Shown: positions 20,924 to 31,633, counted from the first letter of the stretch. The stretch is 64,000 nucleotides of DNA from Acholeplasmataceae bacterium (GCA_963667565.1 OY763415.1:32001-96000); one strand, 5' to 3'. The notes: a model not told the origin generated them from the sequence alone. Numbers and translations: made by a program.

Positions 20924-21407
20924 GTGAAAGAAATGATGAATCAAGAACAAATTTCTAGAACAATTAAGCGTATGGCAGAGAAACACTGATCTTAAAAATT
21001 TGGTGTTTGTTGGTATAAAAAATAAGGGTGTACCGATTGCTTCAAAACTATCAGAACATTTACACAGATTTGCAGATGCTCACATTCCTGTGTACACTCT
21101 AGATATTACACCTTATAGAGATGATCATAAACAATCAGAGATTGATATCCCAAATACAGGCATGGAACTAGAAGGTAAAAATGTCATCATCATAGATGAT
21201 GTACTCTTTACTGGTAGATCTGTAAGGGCTGCAATGGATGCGATTAATGATTATGGAAGACCAGCAAAAATGCAATTAGCAATACTAATTGATAGAGGAC
21301 ACAGAGAGCTTCCAATTCGTGCAGATTATATAGGTAAAAATTTACCTACAAGTTATGATGAAAAAGTTGTTGTAGACATCAATGATAAAGTCTACATTGA
21401 TTCTTAA
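20924..21407 (+). pseudogene. pyrR: pyrR, frameshifted near the 5' end
   Basis: GTG 20924 frame gives MKEMMNQEQISRTIKRMA then TGA at 20987-20989; a second frame continues RNTDLKNLVFVGIK...DDVLFTGRS...DRGHRELPIRADYIGK; the expected HEIIE segment is absent. Confidence 0.8.
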
Positions 21408-21446
21408 TAAAAAAGTCAAATTTATATGAATCTATGCTTAAAAGTG

Positions 21447-21545
21447 TTGACAATTACTGTGTAATATAGTAATATTACATAGGTACATTTAGATTTAACT
21501 CCACTTAGCCCTTATTTCAAAATAAGAGAACATAAGGAGAACCAC
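21447..21545 (+). promoter_or_regulatory. rplM promoter and possible L13 leader
   Basis: TTGACA-17-TAATAT followed by an untranslated leader containing TAGCCCC. Confidence 0.5.
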
Positions 21546-21547
21546 AA

Positions 21548-21976
21548 ATGAAAACATTTATGGCAAACGAACAAACCATTACGCGTAAATGGTTCGTCGT
21601 AGATGCAGAAAACAAAACTTTAGGACGCTTAGCGACTGAAGTTGCATCAGTTTTAAAAGGCAAACATAAACCAACCTACACTCCTCACGTAGATAGTGGT
21701 GACTATGTCATTGTCGTCAACGCAGAAAAAATTAAATTAACTGGTAAGAAATGGGATCAAAAAATGTATTATAGCCACTCTGGTTATAATGGCGGTCTTT
21801 CAAGCACTGCAGCGAAAGATGTTATGAAAAAATTTCCAACTAGAATGGTTGAAAAAGCAATTGTTGGTATGTTGCCACATACTAAACTAGGTGCACAAAT
21901 GGCGAAAAAACTTTTCGTTTATGCTGGCCCAGAACACAAACACTCTGCACAACAACCAGAAACATTGGAGGTATAA
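21548..21976 (+). CDS. rplM: 50S ribosomal protein L13
   Basis: [26 protein letters not shown]. Confidence 0.98.
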   Translation: MKTFMANEQTITRKWFVVDAENKTLGRLATEVASVLKGKHKPTYTPHVDSGDYVIVVNAEKIKLTGKKWDQKMYYSHSGYNGGLSSTAAKDVMKKFPTRMVEKAIVGMLPHTKLGAQMAKKLFVYAGPEHKHSAQQPETLEV

Positions 21977-21979
21977 CAC

Positions 21980-22378
21980 ATGGCAAATCAAAAAGCTCAA
22001 TTCTTTGGTACAGGACGTCGTAAAAGTTCAGTTGCTAGAGTAATCTTATCAAATGGTAAAGGCGAATTTATAATTAATGGCCGTACTTTTGAAGATTATA
22101 TTCCATCAGCTGCTACACGTTTAGATGTTCTTCAACCATTAGCATTAACTGAAAGTGAAGGCAAATATGACGTCACTGTTAATGTATCAGGTGGAGGACT
22201 TACTGGTCAAGCTGGTGCAATCCGTTTAGGTATTACACGCGCTTTACTTGAAATCAACCCTGATTTAAGAAGCACTTTAAAACCTGCAGGTTTAATCACA
22301 CGTGATCCACGTGCGAAAGAACGTAAAAAATATGGTTTAAAGAAAGCAAGAAAAGCTTCTCAATTCTCAAAACGTTAA
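21980..22378 (+). CDS. rpsI: 30S ribosomal protein S9
   Basis: [31 protein letters not shown]. Confidence 0.98.
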   Translation: MANQKAQFFGTGRRKSSVARVILSNGKGEFIINGRTFEDYIPSAATRLDVLQPLALTESEGKYDVTVNVSGGGLTGQAGAIRLGITRALLEINPDLRSTLKPAGLITRDPRAKERKKYGLKKARKASQFSKR

Positions 22379-22386
22379 TTTTATGG

Positions 22387-22408
22387 AACCCGAAAGGGTT
22401 CTTTTTTT
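22387..22408 (+). terminator. Intrinsic terminator after rpsI
   Basis: gaaccc-gaaa-gggttc-ttttttt. Confidence 0.88.
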
Positions 22409-22449
22409 GTCTTTAAAGCGTATAATAAAAGAAAAACAATGGGGTAAAT

Positions 22450-22713
22450 ATGATGCAAAAGTTTAAAAAATATATTATTTATATTTCACAAATCATCGTA
22501 AGTCTAATGGTCGTTGCAACACTAGTCTTTGAAGTTATGTTTCTCATTTTATTGCCATCATCTGATGTAAGTGGTCCAGATGGCACACAAATGATAGGAT
22601 TATTTGTCATGGGTATTTTTGATGTCTTTATACTGATGTATTTGGAAATGTTGAAAAAACCAAAACGACCACCATATCCTCACCATGATTTACCACCACA
22701 TTTGAAAGACTAA
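22450..22713 (+). CDS. Small 2-TM hypothetical protein
   Basis: 87-aa ORF with TATAAT and GGGG RBS upstream. Confidence 0.6.
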   Translation: MMQKFKKYIIYISQIIVSLMVVATLVFEVMFLILLPSSDVSGPDGTQMIGLFVMGIFDVFILMYLEMLKKPKRPPYPHHDLPPHLKD

Positions 22714-22806
22714 AAACCATCAAAAGAAATATTTTAAAAACACTTGGACCCTAGGGTCCATTTGTTTTCGTGCTATAATAAAGTGTATGTTACATGAGAG
22801 GTTTAT

Positions 22807-24429
22807 ATGAGACTAAACTATAAAACAACTTTTTATTTAGGACTTATATTTTTAGCAATTTCAATGTTTTGGCAAGCTTATGATATGCTCATTCCCAAAA
22901 TGCTTATTGATAAGTTCGGATTAAATCAGTTTCAATCCGGCATTGTCATGGCCATCGATAATTTGGTTGCAGTTATTTTGTTACCAATCATTGGTGTCAT
23001 TTCAGATAAGAGCAACAAAAAAAAGGGAAAGAGAACACCTTTTATTATTATAGGAACTGTGATTGCAGCATTTGCATTCATGGGGCTTTCATATGCTGAC
23101 TATGTGCAAACTGAAAAAATAGAAGCTACCAATATCATCAGTGAACATTATGATGTTGCATTTAATGATACTGATGACATCAAATTAACCGCTCATTGGC
23201 AAACCATTACAAGCATCATGAAAGACGAAAGAGATTTAGCCTTATCAAATCACCTGATTACAGATGAAGCATATCAAAAATGGTATGACAATGTTTATCT
23301 AGATATGCAAAATATTATTGATTCCAGCCAAACTGAGTTATCCACCAGAGATATTTCTAGAATTCAAGACGCTTATTATAACTATTTAAGCTTAAGAGCG
23401 TTTGAAGTTACATCGAAAGATCCGTTGGTATTCGTTATGTTTTCTATCATATTATTGATTGCTATTTTAGGGATGTCACTTTATAGAAGTCCTGCGGTCG
23501 CTTTAATGCCTGATGTAACGATTAAGCCACTTAGAACTGAAGCAAATGCTGTAGTGACGCTTATGGGTGCAATCGGTGGTGTATTTGCTGTATTTATTAT
23601 TATGATTTTTGGCTTATCAAATCAATCATATGGACTCTATTTTTCTACATTCATAACCATAGGTATATTCATGTTTGTAGCACTTTTTATTTTCTTAAGG
23701 AAAATAGATGAGCCTAAACTTGTTAAAGAAAGAATCGCTTTAGAACATGAACTACATTTAGATACATTGGATCAATATGAGCATCCAACAGAGTCATTTA
23801 CAAGAAAAAAAAGGATGTCATTATATTTCTTATTAGCAACCATCTTTTTCCTATTTTTCAGTTATAATGCAGTGATGAGTAAAATATCAGATTATTTACC
23901 AAAAGTGCTTAATTTAGAGTTTTATGATTGGCCATTTATGGTTGCTCAAGCACTCGTCTTAATCAGTATTTTTCCACTTGGATTAGCATCAATGATTTTA
24001 GGTAGAAAAAAATCGATGATTTATGGTTTATTGATGATAATTTTCTCTTTTGGAACGATTGCATTTATTGGAGAAAACCAAGTATTTCTATCTGCATTTA
24101 TCGTCCTTGTTGCTGGCTTTGGTTGGGTATTAACAGGAATTAATGCTTATCCGATGGTTGTAGAACTTAGTAAAGGTAGCAACATTGGTAAATATACAGG
24201 ATATTACTATATGGCATCTATGGGTGCACAAATCATAACACCTATGTTATCGGGTCTTTTAATGGACCAAAGCATATTAGGTAGATTGATATTATTCCCA
24301 TATGCAACTTTCTTTGCGATAATGGCTTTAATAACATTGATGTTTGTCCATCATGGAGATACACAAACATTGAGCAAAGATGATGTGAGAACTTTATTAC
24401 AAAATTACAAAAACAAGAGGAAATCATGA
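22807..24429 (+). CDS. MFS transporter (GPH/sucrose-like) with a large inserted loop
   Basis: 'GVISDK..GKRTPF', 'YRSPAVALMPD', 'GKYTGYYYMAS'. Confidence 0.85.
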   Translation: MRLNYKTTFYLGLIFLAISMFWQAYDMLIPKMLIDKFGLNQFQSGIVMAIDNLVAVILLPIIGVISDKSNKKKGKRTPFIIIGTVIAAFAFMGLSYADYVQTEKIEATNIISEHYDVAFNDTDDIKLTAHWQTITSIMKDERDLALSNHLITDEAYQKWYDNVYLDMQNIIDSSQTELSTRDISRIQDAYYNYLSLRAFEVTSKDPLVFVMFSIILLIAILGMSLYRSPAVALMPDVTIKPLRTEANAVVTLMGAIGGVFAVFIIMIFGLSNQSYGLYFSTFITIGIFMFVALFIFLRKIDEPKLVKERIALEHELHLDTLDQYEHPTESFTRKKRMSLYFLLATIFFLFFSYNAVMSKISDYLPKVLNLEFYDWPFMVAQALVLISIFPLGLASMILGRKKSMIYGLLMIIFSFGTIAFIGENQVFLSAFIVLVAGFGWVLTGINAYPMVVELSKGSNIGKYTGYYYMASMGAQIITPMLSGLLMDQSILGRLILFPYATFFAIMALITLMFVHHGDTQTLSKDDVRTLLQNYKNKRKS

Positions 24430-24944
24430 AAATTTTAGTGTTAGGTTATTCTGGTGCAGGCAAATCAACGTTTGCAAAAAAATTACATCAACATTACAAC
24501 ATTCCAGTCATATATTTAGATACGATTCATTTTAAAGCGAATTGGATTGAAAGAGAAGATGATGATATGTCACATGATTTAAGAGCATTTATGTCAAAAA
24601 ACGATGCTTGGATTATTGAAGGTAACTATCGTAGAATTGTTCCAGAACGACATGAATTAGCTGATCAAATCTTTATTTTTAAGTTAAGTAGACTAGCATG
24701 TTTACTAGGTATTATTAAAAGAAGAATCAAATATCGAAATAAACAAAGAGAGTCATCAGCTATAGGCTGTAAAGAAAAAATCGATTTTAGTTTCTTCATG
24801 TGGACCATCTTAACAGGCAGAACAAAAAAACGAAGAGCCTTTTTTAAATTGATTGAAGAAAAAAGAAAAGAAAACGTCATCGTTTTTAAAAATAGACATC
24901 AAATTAACACATATTTAAAGAATATAGGGATTAAAAATCACTAA
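24426..24944 (+). CDS. FlaR/topology-modulation-like P-loop kinase
   Basis: GYSGAGKST, LDTIH, WIIEGNY. Confidence 0.8.
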   Translation: MKILVLGYSGAGKSTFAKKLHQHYNIPVIYLDTIHFKANWIEREDDDMSHDLRAFMSKNDAWIIEGNYRRIVPERHELADQIFIFKLSRLACLLGIIKRRIKYRNKQRESSAIGCKEKIDFSFFMWTILTGRTKKRRAFFKLIEEKRKENVIVFKNRHQINTYLKNIGIKNH

Positions 24945-25024
24945 ATATGAATAAATTCATATAAAGATTGTTAAAACCTTTGAATTATCGTATAATATAA
25001 ACTGCATGTTAGGTGGGATGATTG

Positions 25025-26368
25025 ATGAAAAAAGTTAGAGTAAGATACGCACCAAGCCCAACAGGATTACTACACATAGGGAATGCAAGAAGTGCTTTAT
25101 TTAATTACTTATTTGCACGTCATTTTAATGGTGAATTTATCATTAGAATTGAAGATACTGATGTATTACGTAATGTTGAAGGCGGAGAAGCGTCACAATT
25201 AAATTATTTAAGTTGGTTAGGACTATCATGGGATGAATCTCCAGATAAAGGTGGTCCTTTTGGTCCATATCGCCAACTAGAAAGATTAGATTTGTATACT
25301 AAATATGCTAATGAACTCCTAGATCGCGGTTTAGCATATAAAGAGTATAGAGAAAATAGCGAAAAGTTCGCCATTAGACTTAAAGTGCCTAATGATCAAA
25401 CATATACATTTGATGATTTGGTTAGAGGTAAACTCTCATTTGAAAGTAAAGAGGTTGAAGACTGGATTATTGTTAAAGATAATGGTATTCCAACGTATAA
25501 CTTCGCAGTGGTCATTGATGACCATTTTATGGAAATCACTCACGTCTTAAGAGGTGAGGAACATATTACAAATACACCAAAGCAGATTATGTTGTATCAA
25601 GCTTTTGGATGGGATGTTCCACTTTTTGGACATATGACAATCATTGTCAATGAAAACAAGAAAAAATTATCTAAAAGAGATAAAAACGTCATTCAGTTTA
25701 TTTCTGAATATGAAGCAATGGGTTATTTACCTGAAGCGATGTTTAATTTCATTGCTTTATTAGGTTGGTCTCCTCAAGGCAACAAAGAAATATTATCAAA
25801 AGAACAAATTGTTCAACAATTTGATCCTAAGCGTTTATCAAAAGCACCAGCGATGTTTGATAAAGACAAATTAGCGTTTATAAACTCTAGATATATTAAA
25901 AAATTATCAATTGAAGCATTATCAGAAAAAATCAAACCATTCCTTGAAAAAGAAGGTATTGAAATTGTCAGTCAAGCATGGCTTGAATTACTTGCAAGTG
26001 TGTTCCAAGATCGCATGAGTTATATTGGTGAAATCGCACAACTTTACAAAGAATTTTTCCATGATGATTTTAAATTAAATGATGAAGCTTTCCAATTCTT
26101 AAAAGAAAATAACAGCCTAGAACTTATTGAAACATTTAAGTCTATGCTAGAAGATAAACCATTTGAAGTTGAAGTCTTAGATCAAGCAATCAATGAAGTG
26201 AGTAAACAACTTGATGTTACAGGTAAACCATTGTTTATGGGCATTAGAATTGCTGCAACCGGTGATATGCATGGCCCAAGCTTAGCAAATTGTATTGCAT
26301 TACTTGAAAAAGAAAGAGTCTTAAAAAGACTTCAAAATGTGGCAGATAAATTAAGAGGTGAAGTATGA
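25025..26368 (+). CDS. gltX: Glutamate--tRNA ligase
   Basis: RYAPSPTGLLHIGN, RIEDTD, RGEEH, KLSKR. Confidence 0.96.
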   Translation: MKKVRVRYAPSPTGLLHIGNARSALFNYLFARHFNGEFIIRIEDTDVLRNVEGGEASQLNYLSWLGLSWDESPDKGGPFGPYRQLERLDLYTKYANELLDRGLAYKEYRENSEKFAIRLKVPNDQTYTFDDLVRGKLSFESKEVEDWIIVKDNGIPTYNFAVVIDDHFMEITHVLRGEEHITNTPKQIMLYQAFGWDVPLFGHMTIIVNENKKKLSKRDKNVIQFISEYEAMGYLPEAMFNFIALLGWSPQGNKEILSKEQIVQQFDPKRLSKAPAMFDKDKLAFINSRYIKKLSIEALSEKIKPFLEKEGIEIVSQAWLELLASVFQDRMSYIGEIAQLYKEFFHDDFKLNDEAFQFLKENNSLELIETFKSMLEDKPFEVEVLDQAINEVSKQLDVTGKPLFMGIRIAATGDMHGPSLANCIALLEKERVLKRLQNVADKLRGEV

Positions 26369-27921
26369 AAAAAATAGTATTTTTAGGATTAATGATGATT
26401 TCATTATTTCTACTTGTAGGTTGTAATAACACAGCAGCAACTGCAACATTTGATAACATCGATAGAACCTTTAGTTCGATTACTTTTGATGTCACAGTGA
26501 CGGATCCAGATAGCGAAATCACTGGATACACATATGTTAAAATCTACGATCAACAAGATGAAGTCTTAGATAGTACATTACTTACATTTGCTGATGGCGA
26601 GACAACATTAACTGAAGAAGCATTAACTTTTGATGCATTAGATAGTGAGACTATTTATACACTTAAGGTGATTGCTACCATTGAAAAGAAAAATGTTGAA
26701 CTTGTAACATATGAATTTGAAACACAATCAGAAGAAGATTTAACCATTAATACAGCAGAAGAATTTATGGCAATGAGCACTAATCGTTCAGGAAACTTCT
26801 TACTTGGTAATGATATTGACTTTTCAGGTGTTGAATTTGTGATGCCATTCCCTTCAGGAAAGAGTTTCTTAGGGACTTTTGATGGTCAAGGATATACATT
26901 AAGTAATATTACCATCCCAACTGTAACAACTTATACAGGCGTATTTGGTAATTTATCTACAGGTTCAGTAACAAACTTAAACTTAGACAACATTACAATA
27001 GGTGATGAAGCAAATCCATATGAAGCAACTGCTTCATCTAGAGTCGGATTCTTAACTGGATACGTATCATCAAGCGCGGGTATCATTTCTAATGTAACTA
27101 TTTCTAATAGTCAAATGTTCTTCAAGTCATCTTCAACCATTTCAACTTATGTTGGTGGTGTTGTCGGTGAAATGAGAGGAAGTATGAATAACGTTGCGAT
27201 TAATGATTCATCAATCAATGTTGAAATCACTGCTAAAGCTGATGTTAGAGTTGGTGGTGTCATTGGTTATTTATATGAAGATGCAGTCGTTAAACAAGTA
27301 TCATCATCAGGTGAGATCAATTTTGTATTAAATGGTACGGACTTAGGTGATGGCGATGATAGTTACGTTGATGTTGCAGGTGTCATTGGAAGAAATGATG
27401 CAACTGATGTCACAGATTCAGTCACAGAATTATTTAGTTCAATGGATTTAAATGTTGAAATGAATTATAACACTTTAGAAGAAACGAATAGTGCAAATTA
27501 CAGTTTGACTGTAGGTGGACTCATTGGTTACTCTACAGCAACCATTAAAGAAGGTTTCTATAATGGTTCAATTGATGTGACTCAAGTCTCATCAGCATTT
27601 GAAGCAAATGCAAACATTAGATTTAATGTTTCAGGACTCATTGGTAAATACTTTGGAAGATTAGAATTAGAAAACTTAATTAGATTTGGTAATGGTGCAC
27701 AAATCACAGTATCAACATCTAATGATGTCATCGTCTTATTTGATCAATTGGTTGCTTATGATGTTTATAGTAAAACACACGTGATTGGTGTTGTTGGTTC
27801 ACAAGATGCAACCATCAATGGTACAGTTATCACAGATTTAGCACCAGTGATCACCGATAGCAACACATTCTTTACAAGCGAATTTATTCAAAATGCATTT
27901 GATTTAATTAACGTTGCTTAA
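26365..27921 (+). CDS. Surface lipoprotein with FN3-like and GLUG/beta-solenoid-like repeats
   Basis: Lipobox LVGC; 'LGNDIDF..FLGTFDGQGYTLSN' and repeated VGGV(V/I)G motifs. Confidence 0.75.
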   Translation: MKKIVFLGLMMISLFLLVGCNNTAATATFDNIDRTFSSITFDVTVTDPDSEITGYTYVKIYDQQDEVLDSTLLTFADGETTLTEEALTFDALDSETIYTLKVIATIEKKNVELVTYEFETQSEEDLTINTAEEFMAMSTNRSGNFLLGNDIDFSGVEFVMPFPSGKSFLGTFDGQGYTLSNITIPTVTTYTGVFGNLSTGSVTNLNLDNITIGDEANPYEATASSRVGFLTGYVSSSAGIISNVTISNSQMFFKSSSTISTYVGGVVGEMRGSMNNVAINDSSINVEITAKADVRVGGVIGYLYEDAVVKQVSSSGEINFVLNGTDLGDGDDSYVDVAGVIGRNDATDVTDSVTELFSSMDLNVEMNYNTLEETNSANYSLTVGGLIGYSTATIKEGFYNGSIDVTQVSSAFEANANIRFNVSGLIGKYFGRLELENLIRFGNGAQITVSTSNDVIVLFDQLVAYDVYSKTHVIGVVGSQDATINGTVITDLAPVITDSNTFFTSEFIQNAFDLINVA

Positions 27922-27929
27922 CTAAGATT

Positions 27930-27962
27930 AAAGAACGACATACCAGTCGTTCTTCTTTTTTT
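27930..27962 (+). terminator. Intrinsic terminator
   Basis: aagaacgac-atacca-gtcgttctt followed by T run. Confidence 0.8.
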
Positions 27963-27983
27963 ATTATGCTATAATAAAAGAGG

Positions 27984-29816
27984 GTGAATCATATGAAAAT
28001 TTCTAAAACAAGATTTATTAACGATTTAAGATGCCACAGATTTGCAGCATTAGAATCCCTTTATAAAGATAAAGACAAGGCTATTGTCTCTTTTTCCGAT
28101 GATCCTGATTTAGATGAGCTGATGAGTGAAGAGAATCAAGATAAAATGAGTATCTTGTTAAATGATATGTATGATGAAGAAGATGAAGATTTATTAGAAA
28201 AATCCGATCCACAAATGGAAACGATGTTACCTTATTATAATCAAATAGAAATCATTGCTGGTCACGCAATTGATCATAGATTTAAAGGACAAACTGTTTA
28301 TAGTTTGGATACATATAAACAACAACGCTTTGAATTTGAAAAAGATGGATATCAATTTTATTGTTTTCTTGATGGATATCAAGAAGATGAAACTTACACG
28401 CGTATTTTCGAGGTAAAAGCAACCACATCTAAAAAGTTTTTAGATATGTCATTTAAAAACGATGATGGTGATAAAATGCCAATATTTGATTATTCACCAG
28501 AAGGCATTTTAATGTTTCAAAAAGATCTATTAACGCCTGTGAATGAAGATTATGATAAAAAAGTGAAGAAGTTAAAAAATAGATTATCTAAAGCAGGAAG
28601 ATATATCTATGATATTGCATATCAAAGATATGTTTTTGAAAAATCAAAAGCATCCTTTAAAAAACATAAATATTATTTAGCTGTATTAAATAGTGAATAT
28701 GTTCATGATGGTAAAACTGATGAACATGGGCTTCCTATTTATCCAGATGATTTAATTGTTTTTATTGATGTGACAAACTTTTTAGATGAAATGATGAGTC
28801 TTGTCGAAAGCGATATTGAAACAGTGATCAATCGATTAAATACTTTGAATGCTGAGGCTGTTCCATTAGGAGATCATTGCCAAAGAAAAGACTCAAGACA
28901 ATGTAAATTTTTCCCTATTTGTTATAAACATGTGCCAGAGTATAATTCCATATTTACATATTTAAGTGGACATGCAGGATTTACGGAACCATCTGGTATC
29001 AAACATGATCGTTTTGACTTACTTAATGAAGGATATGTTCAAGCAACTGACATTCCATACGGATGGCTTAACAGAGAAAACAATAGACTCCAACGTGACG
29101 TCATTGATAGTGGTGTTGCATACATTGATAAAGACAAAATCAAGAAAGCCATTGAGTCATTAAAATATCCGATTTATCATCTAGATTTTGAAACTTTTCC
29201 TTGTCCTCTGCCAAGATTTAAAGGTGAAAAGCCTTATGCACAATCTCTATTTCAATATTCAATTCATATTGAACATGCGCCTGGGATTTGTGATAAGGAT
29301 CTAGATAATTATAGTTACATTGCGACAAAACACGATGATTTAAGAAAAGACTTAGTTGAACACATGTTAGACATCATTAAAGATGATCAAGGCTCTATCA
29401 TGGCTTATAATATCTCATTTGAAAAAACAAGATTAAAGGAAATGGCTCAAATTTATCCCGAGTATCGTGATCGATTACACCGTATGATGGATCGATTGGT
29501 TGACTTGATGTATTTTCTTAGAGGTAATAAAAAACTATTTGAAAGTCTAGGATTTCCTGATAGTTCAAATTTTAATTATTATCACAATAATTTAAATGGT
29601 TCATTTTCAATTAAAAAGGTTTTACCTATATTCAGTCATTTGACTTACAAAGGTATGCCGATTGCAAATGGTACAGAAGCATTAGTGGCTTACGCAAGGT
29701 TTCCGATGATGGAAGAAGAAACATTTAAAAAGACTTATAAAGACTTACTAGAATACTGCAAACAAGATACATGGGCTATGGTTGAAATCTTAGATTCGCT
29801 TCGTAAAATTGTATAA
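27984..29816 (+). CDS. DUF2779-type protein: PD-(D/E)xK nuclease-like + RNase H/DnaQ-like domain
   Basis: 'LDG..IFEVKATT', 'DIAYQRYV', Cys cluster, 'LDFET', 'AYNISFE', 'SIKKVLP', 'YCKQD'. Confidence 0.75.
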   Translation: MNHMKISKTRFINDLRCHRFAALESLYKDKDKAIVSFSDDPDLDELMSEENQDKMSILLNDMYDEEDEDLLEKSDPQMETMLPYYNQIEIIAGHAIDHRFKGQTVYSLDTYKQQRFEFEKDGYQFYCFLDGYQEDETYTRIFEVKATTSKKFLDMSFKNDDGDKMPIFDYSPEGILMFQKDLLTPVNEDYDKKVKKLKNRLSKAGRYIYDIAYQRYVFEKSKASFKKHKYYLAVLNSEYVHDGKTDEHGLPIYPDDLIVFIDVTNFLDEMMSLVESDIETVINRLNTLNAEAVPLGDHCQRKDSRQCKFFPICYKHVPEYNSIFTYLSGHAGFTEPSGIKHDRFDLLNEGYVQATDIPYGWLNRENNRLQRDVIDSGVAYIDKDKIKKAIESLKYPIYHLDFETFPCPLPRFKGEKPYAQSLFQYSIHIEHAPGICDKDLDNYSYIATKHDDLRKDLVEHMLDIIKDDQGSIMAYNISFEKTRLKEMAQIYPEYRDRLHRMMDRLVDLMYFLRGNKKLFESLGFPDSSNFNYYHNNLNGSFSIKKVLPIFSHLTYKGMPIANGTEALVAYARFPMMEEETFKKTYKDLLEYCKQDTWAMVEILDSLRKIV

Positions 29817-29946
29817 AAATCACGATCTATTATTGTGGTTTTTTTCTTTGTAAAGCCAAAATCATAAAATCATGTGTTAAAATGGCTATGACTTGTTATT
29901 TTATAATTTATCAATTATAATAAAACAAAAAGGAAGGTTTAATTGT

Positions 29947-31260
29947 ATGCTAAAAATTTATAACACACTTACAAATCAAATAGAACCATTTAAACCGATC
30001 AAACCTAACAAGGTGAATATGTATGTTTGTGGACCTACTGTCTATTCAGATATTCATATTGGAAACGCAAGACCTGTGATTTTTTTTGATGTTGTCAAAA
30101 GATATTTGGCACATTTAGGATATAAAGTTTATTACGTATCAAATATTACAGATGTTGATGATAAAATTATCGACCGTGCGAAAGCTTTGGGGATGAGCGA
30201 AGAAAATCTTGCTAAAGTATATACAGATCGTTTTTTAGATATGCATCAAAAAGTGGGTAGTATCTTACCTGATTTTATGCCAAAAGCAACCGATTATGTC
30301 ACCTCAATGATTGAATATATCGATGATTTGGTTAAACAAGGTTATGCATATCAAACCAGCGAAGGTGTCTATTTTAGAGTATCAAAAGTTAAAGATTATG
30401 GTATTTTAAGCAACCAAGATTTAAATCAACTATCAGAAGGTGTTCGTGTTGATTTAGATCCTGAAAAAGAAAATCCAAGAGATTTCAGTTTATGGAAAAA
30501 GACTGAAGATGGGCTTAGATTTTCATCACCATGGGGTGATGGCAGACCAGGATGGCACACAGAATGTGCAGTCATGAATCATGACATTTTTGAAGGTGAA
30601 ATTGATATTCATGGTGGTGGTTCTGATTTAAGATTCCCTCATCATGAAAACGAAATAGCTCAAGCCCAAGCACATGACCATCACCATTTAGCAAAATATT
30701 GGATGCATGTGGGACGCTTAGATGTCGATCAAGTTAAGATGAGCAAATCACTAGGAAATATTACTTTGGTTAAAGATATGGTTGAAAATTATCATCCGCT
30801 TGCATTTAGATTGTTTATGATTGCGCATCATTACAGACAACCTATTAATTATTCTATAGAAGTGATGAATGAATATGCAGGCATTTATGATAAAATAGTA
30901 AGAAACCTTAAAAAGGCTTTTCTTTCATTGTCACTTGATGGTTTACAAAATGGTGATGTTGATCAAAGCGTGATGGATCAGTTTGAAGCGATGATGAATG
31001 ATGATTTTAATACACCTAATGTGATTACACTCATTTATGATTTGGTCAAACAACTCAATAAAACTAATGAAGTTGAACATCGCTTGGTTTTATTTATGAC
31101 CATCAAACGTATTATGGTGATATTAGGCTTAATGCCTCAATTTGAATTACAAGATGAAATTATTATGACATATAAAGATTGGCAAACAGCAAGAGAACAA
31201 AAGAATTTTAGACTTGCAGACGAATTAAGAGGTAAACTCACAGAACAAGGTTGGATTTAA
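29947..31260 (+). CDS. cysS: Cysteine--tRNA ligase
   Basis: YVCGPTVY, HIGN, GRPGWHTEC, FPHHENE, KMSKS. Confidence 0.97.
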   Translation: MLKIYNTLTNQIEPFKPIKPNKVNMYVCGPTVYSDIHIGNARPVIFFDVVKRYLAHLGYKVYYVSNITDVDDKIIDRAKALGMSEENLAKVYTDRFLDMHQKVGSILPDFMPKATDYVTSMIEYIDDLVKQGYAYQTSEGVYFRVSKVKDYGILSNQDLNQLSEGVRVDLDPEKENPRDFSLWKKTEDGLRFSSPWGDGRPGWHTECAVMNHDIFEGEIDIHGGGSDLRFPHHENEIAQAQAHDHHHLAKYWMHVGRLDVDQVKMSKSLGNITLVKDMVENYHPLAFRLFMIAHHYRQPINYSIEVMNEYAGIYDKIVRNLKKAFLSLSLDGLQNGDVDQSVMDQFEAMMNDDFNTPNVITLIYDLVKQLNKTNEVEHRLVLFMTIKRIMVILGLMPQFELQDEIIMTYKDWQTAREQKNFRLADELRGKLTEQGWI

Positions 31261-31261
31261 T

Positions 31262-31633
31262 GTGAATGGTTTAACACTCGCTTATTTAGGCGATGCTTAT
31301 TATGAATTAAAGATTAGAAATTATCTTGTGTCCAAAGGATTAACAGATGTGAATCAATTACACCAACAAGCAGTAAAGTTTACATCAGGTGTTGCACAAG
31401 CTAAATTCATTGAATATTTTATTTTAAATCAAGTGTTAAATGAAAAAGAAATTAACACGTTTAAAAGAGGCAGAAATGCTGGTGGACAAGGAAGAAAAAA
31501 TATTGATGCTAAAACCTATCAAAGTGCGACAGGCTTTGAGGCACTCATCGGTGATTTATTTCTTCAAGATAAAGCAAGAGCAGATCAATTAATCAACTTG
31601 TGTATCGATCTTGTGGATCGGGGTGAAATATAG
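31262..31633 (+). CDS. mrnC: Mini-ribonuclease III
   Basis: LAYLGDAYYE, KRGRNA, ATGFEALIG; directly after cysS. Confidence 0.92.
   Translation: MNGLTLAYLGDAYYELKIRNYLVSKGLTDVNQLHQQAVKFTSGVAQAKFIEYFILNQVLNEKEINTFKRGRNAGGQGRKNIDAKTYQSATGFEALIGDLFLQDKARADQLINLCIDLVDRGEI

Noticed and set aside
20987..20989. TGA read as Trp (code 4) to rescue pyrR or the second Rhs ORF
   Set aside because: Trp is TGG throughout, several genes end in TGA, and pyrR needs a frame change rather than readthrough.
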